DNA of 58,118 nucleotides from Perkinsus olseni (Eukaryota): NCBI GenBank assembly GCA_013115125.1, contig JABANN010000028.1, positions 62,001 to 120,118 of the forward strand, read 5' to 3'. Shown piece by piece: positions 52,401 to 58,118 of this stretch (position 1 is its first letter; each line of letters starts with the position of its first letter). The notes under the pieces were generated by a model. It saw only the letters and a program-made list of their open reading frames with translations, ran no database searches and was not told where the DNA came from. The position numbers and the translations under genes were made by a program.

Positions 52401-53927
52401 GGTGATAACAGGGTTTTCATAGCTCACTCGGGGTTACTGTGTGCTTGCTGTTAGTCCCTCTGCCACAGAAGGTGGAGTATCAGGGGTACCCTAAGCCGAT
52501 GGATGAGGAGGAGATCAACAAGGCGATTCGAAGAAGTAATGCATCACTGATAAGGGGTTGGTAGTAGTAGTGGTGTGATGATGATGATGCCCAGGGAAGG
52601 CTTTGGATAAGCGGGACCAGCGGGTAAAGGATACCGAGTCGGTCAGGAACGATTTTGAGGCCTACATCTACTCTAGCAGGTAGGGTCCAGTCGGTTGTGT
52701 ACTGTGTCCAGTCGGATTGTATCAGGGAACGTCTAGGGGGTGATGATGAACTGGTTAATAAGGTCACCACAGAGGAGATGAGGGAGGGGATTATGAGTAG
52801 GCCTGCCTGCTTGTGCTGACAGACTGTCACCCCCATCATCATTGTGCATCAGAGACTTTATCGGAATCAGAGGACTGGCTTTATGAAGATGGCTTTGATG
52901 CTCAACTCGAAGAGTACAAGAAGCGTCTCGATGGTCTCAAGAAGGATGTGGTAATGCGATCCAGTCGGTAGCCTAACTGCTGATGATGATGCTCTATGTA
53001 AGGTACCGGTACTGTTTCGTGCTGATGAAGTGGAGCTCCGAGCTGACCTACCTGAGTGGGTGTCAAAGAAGGTGGCCAGTATTAGGAAGGTTCTTGATAC
53101 CGTAAATCACAGTCCGCTTGTAGTCGGCGCTCGAAGTCGACTGTCAACAGGTTTTAACAAACCGGACCTGGGTGGCTAATGAGACTGCTTGGAAGGTCGG
53201 CAATGATACCGATGATTTTGAGGTAAGCTCGGTTGGGTGAGATGGTTGAGTGGGCTGGTCGGCGGGAGTGGACCTGTTAGTGTGTAACGCATCCGTGTTG
53301 GTGGTCAGACTTGGTTTAAGGAGCTCCAAGAGAAGCAAGAGGCAACTGCTCTCACGGAGGAGCCGGCCTTCAAGGTTTTAGATGTGAAGAAGCGATTGGC
53401 GTCTATCGGCAAGGCTGCCAACCAGCTCATGAAAATAAAGTAGGCGCCGAGCATACACCCCTGCTGTACCGACCTCTATGTCCTGAGTGTTGGTCGGGAG
53501 GGGCTGGGTATGGTTTGCATTGTCAGGAAGCCAGCGGCGGCCCAACCTAAGAAGGATGATCTTCTCCAGCCTGAGAAGCTACGCGAGCTTATCCGTAACA
53601 TCACGCAGAACGACACGACTTATGATGTATCCAAGTTGGATAAGATGAGTGAGTGGGCTCGCTTGTCTTGCCGATGTGGTTACTGTCACGGCCTAGGTTC
53701 GAATGAACTGCTCACTGAGTACCTCAGCCTGGTGAAGCCTGACAAGGGTGATGCTACTAAGGAGGAGGGAAAAGAGAAGGAAGAGGACTCTTCAACAGCA
53801 GGCTCGGGTGAGCATCGATGGATTGGCCTTCACTGTTGTTACGTCTTCCTCAGAAACGTCCGATGAAACCGCCGAGTCGGACACTAAGAAGGAGGAGGCT
53901 GAGGAGAAGCCTCATGATGAACTTTAA
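49439..53927 (+). CDS. HYOU1: ER Hsp70-superfamily chaperone GRP170/HYOU1/Lhs1, multi-exon
   Basis: Signal peptide, ILGIDIG.QYFKVA, SKRKTPTAISF, AKHVLSANKE, VVGGGWRVP, EAIAFGAA, NDFEAYIYS, EDWLYEDG, C-terminal HDEL-stop. Confidence 0.88.
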
Positions 53928-54095
53928 AGTTGCTCTTTTGTGTGGACTATTATGGCGGCGACGGCGGCTCAAGTTTTTACATTCTTATCGAGAATGAAAT
54001 ACTGGCTAGCTCGAATGGTTGTTGCGTTACAAGTGCTGCGTACAGGGCCCTGCTGGTCATCGCCTGGAGGGCATCAGTTGGGCTTTGCCATATCC

Positions 54096-55932
54096 ATGTC
54101 ACAGGAGCAGCAGCAGGATAAGAGAACGGCGGTCTCGGCAACCTCGGATGGGCTCGCTGAGACTGGTGTCAACGAGGGTATCCGCAGCAGCGATGCTCTG
54201 AGACGAATATTCTCGGAGCGTGATCAGAGGTTAGTACTCCATCGGGCAGGGTTCAGAGAGGGGTTGTGATGGCTTTATCCCACAGGAAGAAGCTTCGGGA
54301 GAAGGGGGTGCAGTTGATGGGGGACTTTCCAGTTAGTGAGGACCAGAGGAAAACCATTTACTCTGAGGCTCGGGTAGTAGGAGGATGCACTCTGACCAAG
54401 GCTAGCGACTGTTTTTTGGTGGTAGGAAGCGGCAATCCAGGCGGCACGGCCTGATCCGAGTGTTGGCATCAAACATGACCTCTATACTACGGGTGAGCGA
54501 GTAGATGGTGATGGACGCGTTGTGTGAGGGTCATTACTTTCAGGAGCTGCGGCATCGAGTTTCACGTCAACTAGGATGAATTTGGCCTATGATAACGAGT
54601 ACAGGGAGATGACCGATCTGGAGAAGCGCACGATTCTCTACGATAAGGTGAAGATACGCTCAGTTGCACACCGCCCTTACTTGTACGTGATAGGTGCGGA
54701 AAGCTCATAAGAAGGGGTACGCGGCGATCACGCTCGATCATGGTGGCACGCTCAACTTCGAGCTCCATTGCGACATAGCCCCTCAGGCTTGTGACAACTT
54801 CATAAGGTAGGACACTGCCGGTCTACAGGGGGGGGGAGTGGTTGTTGTTGTTGTTGCAGGCTGTGCAAGTCGGGATACTATAATGGTGTTAAGTTTCATC
54901 GGGTCATACGGAACTTTATGATGCAGGGTGGTGACCCGGAGGGGACTGGTAGGATGGGTAAGGAGGCTGAGGTTGGATGAGGCTACTGCTTCAGGTAGAG
55001 GAGGCAAAAGCGCCTTTGAAGGAGGGGCACCCTTCCGAGACGAGTTCGACTCGAGGCTGACCCACACCGGGGCTGGGGTGAGCGGCTCGAATGAGTGCGT
55101 AGTACGGCGACGTGTGTTGGCAGGTGTTATCGATGGCCAACTCTGGCAGAGACACCAACCGTTCGCAGTTCTTCATAACGTTCAAATCATGCGAGCATCT
55201 TAATAACAAGCATACTATTTTCGGCCGGGTCGTGGGAGGAGGTACTTGCTTCGGGCCGCCAAGTGGAGTAGGCGTTGGTCGCCATCTGATCGGCCTCCTC
55301 GAGATGTTTTTGGATGACACTGCTGAGACATAGCAGCGGGAGATTGTGCATCCGCAATTAGAGACCTTAAGGGCGTCTCGGTCGAACGTGGGCCAGCGTG
55401 AAAATTATCAGTAGTTGCCTCTGGTGGCGCGTGTGAACTGATATTGGTTCGGGGGTAGTTCATGAACACTCGTTGTTGTAGGAGCTGCGCTGGACGCCCT
55501 GAATGAGACCGAGACGGACAGGAAGGAGAGACCGATAGAGCCTATCAAGATCATCAAGACTCAAGTCTTTGTAATGCCACCCGCCTTCGTCAGTAGCAGC
55601 AAGATCTGATCCCTAGGTCAACCCGTTCGAGACGATACTCGAGGACGAGGCAGCTCAAAAGAAGGAGGAAGAGGATAAGTTGAAGGAGGCCCAACTATTG
55701 CGGGACAGCATGGATGTTATGAAGAATCACCCGAAGCGGAGTTCAACGGGAATTGGTATCCAAGGTCGATGCATGCAGATGGTGAAATATTGTCGCATCA
55801 GGTAAATATCTGTCGACATCTCACAAGCGTAAATCGCATGCTGCCGCTTCGCCAGAGGAGGCGAGTGGGGCGGTGCTGGGGCAAATGGGGAAGTCAAAGC
55901 GGCACAAGGCTTTTGGTTTCCAGGACTGGTGA
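54096..55932 (+). CDS. Cyclophilin-type peptidyl-prolyl isomerase, PPIL2/Cyp60-like, no U-box visible
   Basis: [12 protein letters not shown]...[71 protein letters not shown]-terminal FQDW; start uncertain. Confidence 0.85.
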
Positions 55933-56076
55933 ATCCACTGCTGCTGCCTTGCGTTGTTGGATGATCATGACGGTGTTTAACTGTTCTCGCCACGTAGCTT
56001 ATTGTTCTAGTCCTTTGCGCCCATTCCAGAGTCCACAGCAGAATACCCAGCTGAGGACCACCGCCATCATCACCCT

Positions 56077-57288
56077 ATGGACACGTCATTGGCTCGATTG
56101 GAATCACAGGCGGCTTACACAAATATGAGCAATTCTGATAGAGCTAAGAGTTGGGCCAAAAGTTACTTTTCTCATGCTTGGAAGAAGGTAGAAGAGCTAT
56201 GCTGCTGAAGAGGGGAGGTGTGTGGTACTTCCAGATTAAATTGGAGTGGGAAGTGCTCAAGGTGGCTTGGCCGTGGATCATAATCGGTATCATATTCCAG
56301 ATTCTTCATGACTGGGCTCACAATTGGATCTATTACCTTAGCGGAAAGTAGTGGTATCTTGATCATGTGCCTAGATCATGCGTCGACCTTAGATACCATG
56401 TTTATGGTGGCCCCGAGAATGCCCTGGTTGACTTTGGGCATATGGCCTTCCCTGACATTGACACGCTAACTGTGTCGGTGGCGCCAGAGAACCCTGTGAG
56501 ATTCCTCAGAGTCGCCGCTGGGTTTCTAGTGTTTGTCCGTCCAGGTCCTCGTGACGTGCATGGTAATTGCTATCGTCTTCGCCGTCCTTGCTCCTACTTT
56601 CGGTGGTCGAGACGACTTCACCCTCATAGGGGTTATCTGGAGGGTCCTCAACGTCTGTGACTTCACTATAATATTCCGTTGCATATCTTTCTTGGTCACG
56701 ATATTGCCTGCGCCAGCACCGCACTGTCAAGAGTAAGGACGCCTGAATACTAACGAGTACAGCGTGCCATCTCATCAGGGCCCCTCCACCGAACGCTCCA
56801 TGGGAGCTATACTTCAGTCCACCGACGAATGTCGATGAGGTCCTGTCCGGATTTGATGTCCAGAATGGCTGCGGTGATTTGGTCTTCAGCAGCCATATGA
56901 TGTAGGCATCTCCCTCGGCCCTGCATAACCCGTCCTGTAGGTACTGTTTACTAGCAACATTAGTTGTCACTCACTACTCGCGAAGTCTGGTTCTCATGGT
57001 GGGTGCTCTGTCAGGGCTGCCGCCGTCACCGTCGCCCTTCTCGACTGTCAGGTCATCGAGTGGTTGCTGTGTTGTGCACTGGTGTGCCTTATATTGGCCC
57101 AAAGGTCTCATTATACCCTGGACGTATGGGTTAGTTGGTACACGGTTCCCATGGTTTGGATATGCTTCTACCACTTCTTCCCCAACGACCCCGTCAAGCA
57201 TGTAGCCTTCTGGCAAGAGCAGCCGCAGCGGGTCTACGTCCCGAGGTCAGATGACGGGAGATCTCCTTTGCAAAGGCCGCTTCTCTGA
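56077..57288 (+). CDS. Inositol phosphorylceramide / sphingolipid synthase (plant- and apicomplexan-type)
   Basis: FRCISFLVTILPAPAPHC, GCGDLVFSSHM and QRSHYTLDVWVSWYT (catalytic H/H/D motifs); several transmembrane segments. Confidence 0.85.
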
Positions 57289-57751
57289 ACTATGCATGGC
57301 TCGATGATGGTGGCGTGCCACTCGTCGGCGAACAACTTGATTTTGTGTTCAGGGACAAGGTGGTACCGAAGGACGAGCGAGTGCCCACGAGTTTCGGCAC
57401 CCCGACGGCAGTCATCTGGCCCGGAATCGGCCCGAATTTGACGAAGGAATGAGGGGATGACGGACTGCTAATACTGTACATAGTTACTTTTGTTTTTTAC
57501 CGGCTAGGAGGATACCAAGAGCTGTGACCTCAGATGGTCGGTAATTACTAAGAACGTACGGGATGCTGCTTATGCTTTGTTGTACCACTTAACCGTCCCT
57601 AATCACCGTTTTCTAGCTTTGGTGATTGGTTGGAGGGCAGAGGCCGCAGGAGTGTTGAGTTGCTCATCATCCACACGGTAAACGAGATAGCTAACGATCT
57701 ACTTGTCATACCACCGACGTCTAACATGTCGATACATCAGAAGGCCACTCA

Positions 57752-58118
57752 TCACGGTATCTTCGTGAAAGGGGTGGAAGGCTCCCTAGTCACTGTGGAC
57801 TGTATCGACGAAGTAGAGAGCTGTCCAGTCGTGTATGACCTCTGTTGCCCACCTGACCTCCTGAGGGTGCACACAAGACTCGTCACACGGTCACAATACC
57901 TCGTACGGATGTGTCATTCTCGCACCTGTCAAGGAAGTTGTCACGCGCCAGGAAATATAGCGATCGCCATGTGTCCCGATTTGTCAATTTCCTGTTGCCA
58001 GTGAATGGTACATTCAGTCTTAGGCCGGTTGAGAGAGGGCGCAGCATCACTAGAGGGGGTGGTAGAGGATGAGCCAAAGTGATGGGGTGTGGTACGAGAG
58101 CCCGTAAAAGCTCAATCG
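57752..58118 (-). CDS. 3' exons of an unidentified gene running out of the window
   Basis: Splice-bounded pieces KLTNRDTWRSLYFLARDNFLD and RSGGQQRSY...FTKIP-stop. Confidence 0.3.

Overview
Gene-dense eukaryotic genomic DNA with very many short (about 40-60 nt) GT-AG and some GC-AG introns, so the ORF track shows only exon fragments. Intron size, composition and gene families suggest a perkinsid alveolate (Perkinsus-like); this is inferred, not verified. Manual splicing gives, in order: two tandem single-chain LCB2-LCB1 serine palmitoyltransferase fusion genes, a possible decayed non-LTR element, an S1/P1 nuclease, a large DEAH RNA helicase, and a mosaic segmental duplication (helicase 3' end, S10 serine carboxypeptidase-like gene, two zinc-finger genes, present twice). 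These are followed by a hypothetical gene, an intronless F-box-like protein with SxFG repeats, a PHD-PHD-ZnF protein fused to a PhyH-type 2OG-Fe(II) dioxygenase, two further hypothetical genes, calcineurin B, a TA-flanked MITE, an MFS transporter, an ER Hsp70-family chaperone (GRP170, HDEL), a PPIL2-like cyclophilin without its U-box, and an IPC/sphingolipid synthase. The best novelty candidates are the PHD-dioxygenase fusion, the duplicated fused SPTs, and the S10 enzymes with a rebuilt carboxylate pocket. Exon boundaries were hand-derived and are approximate.
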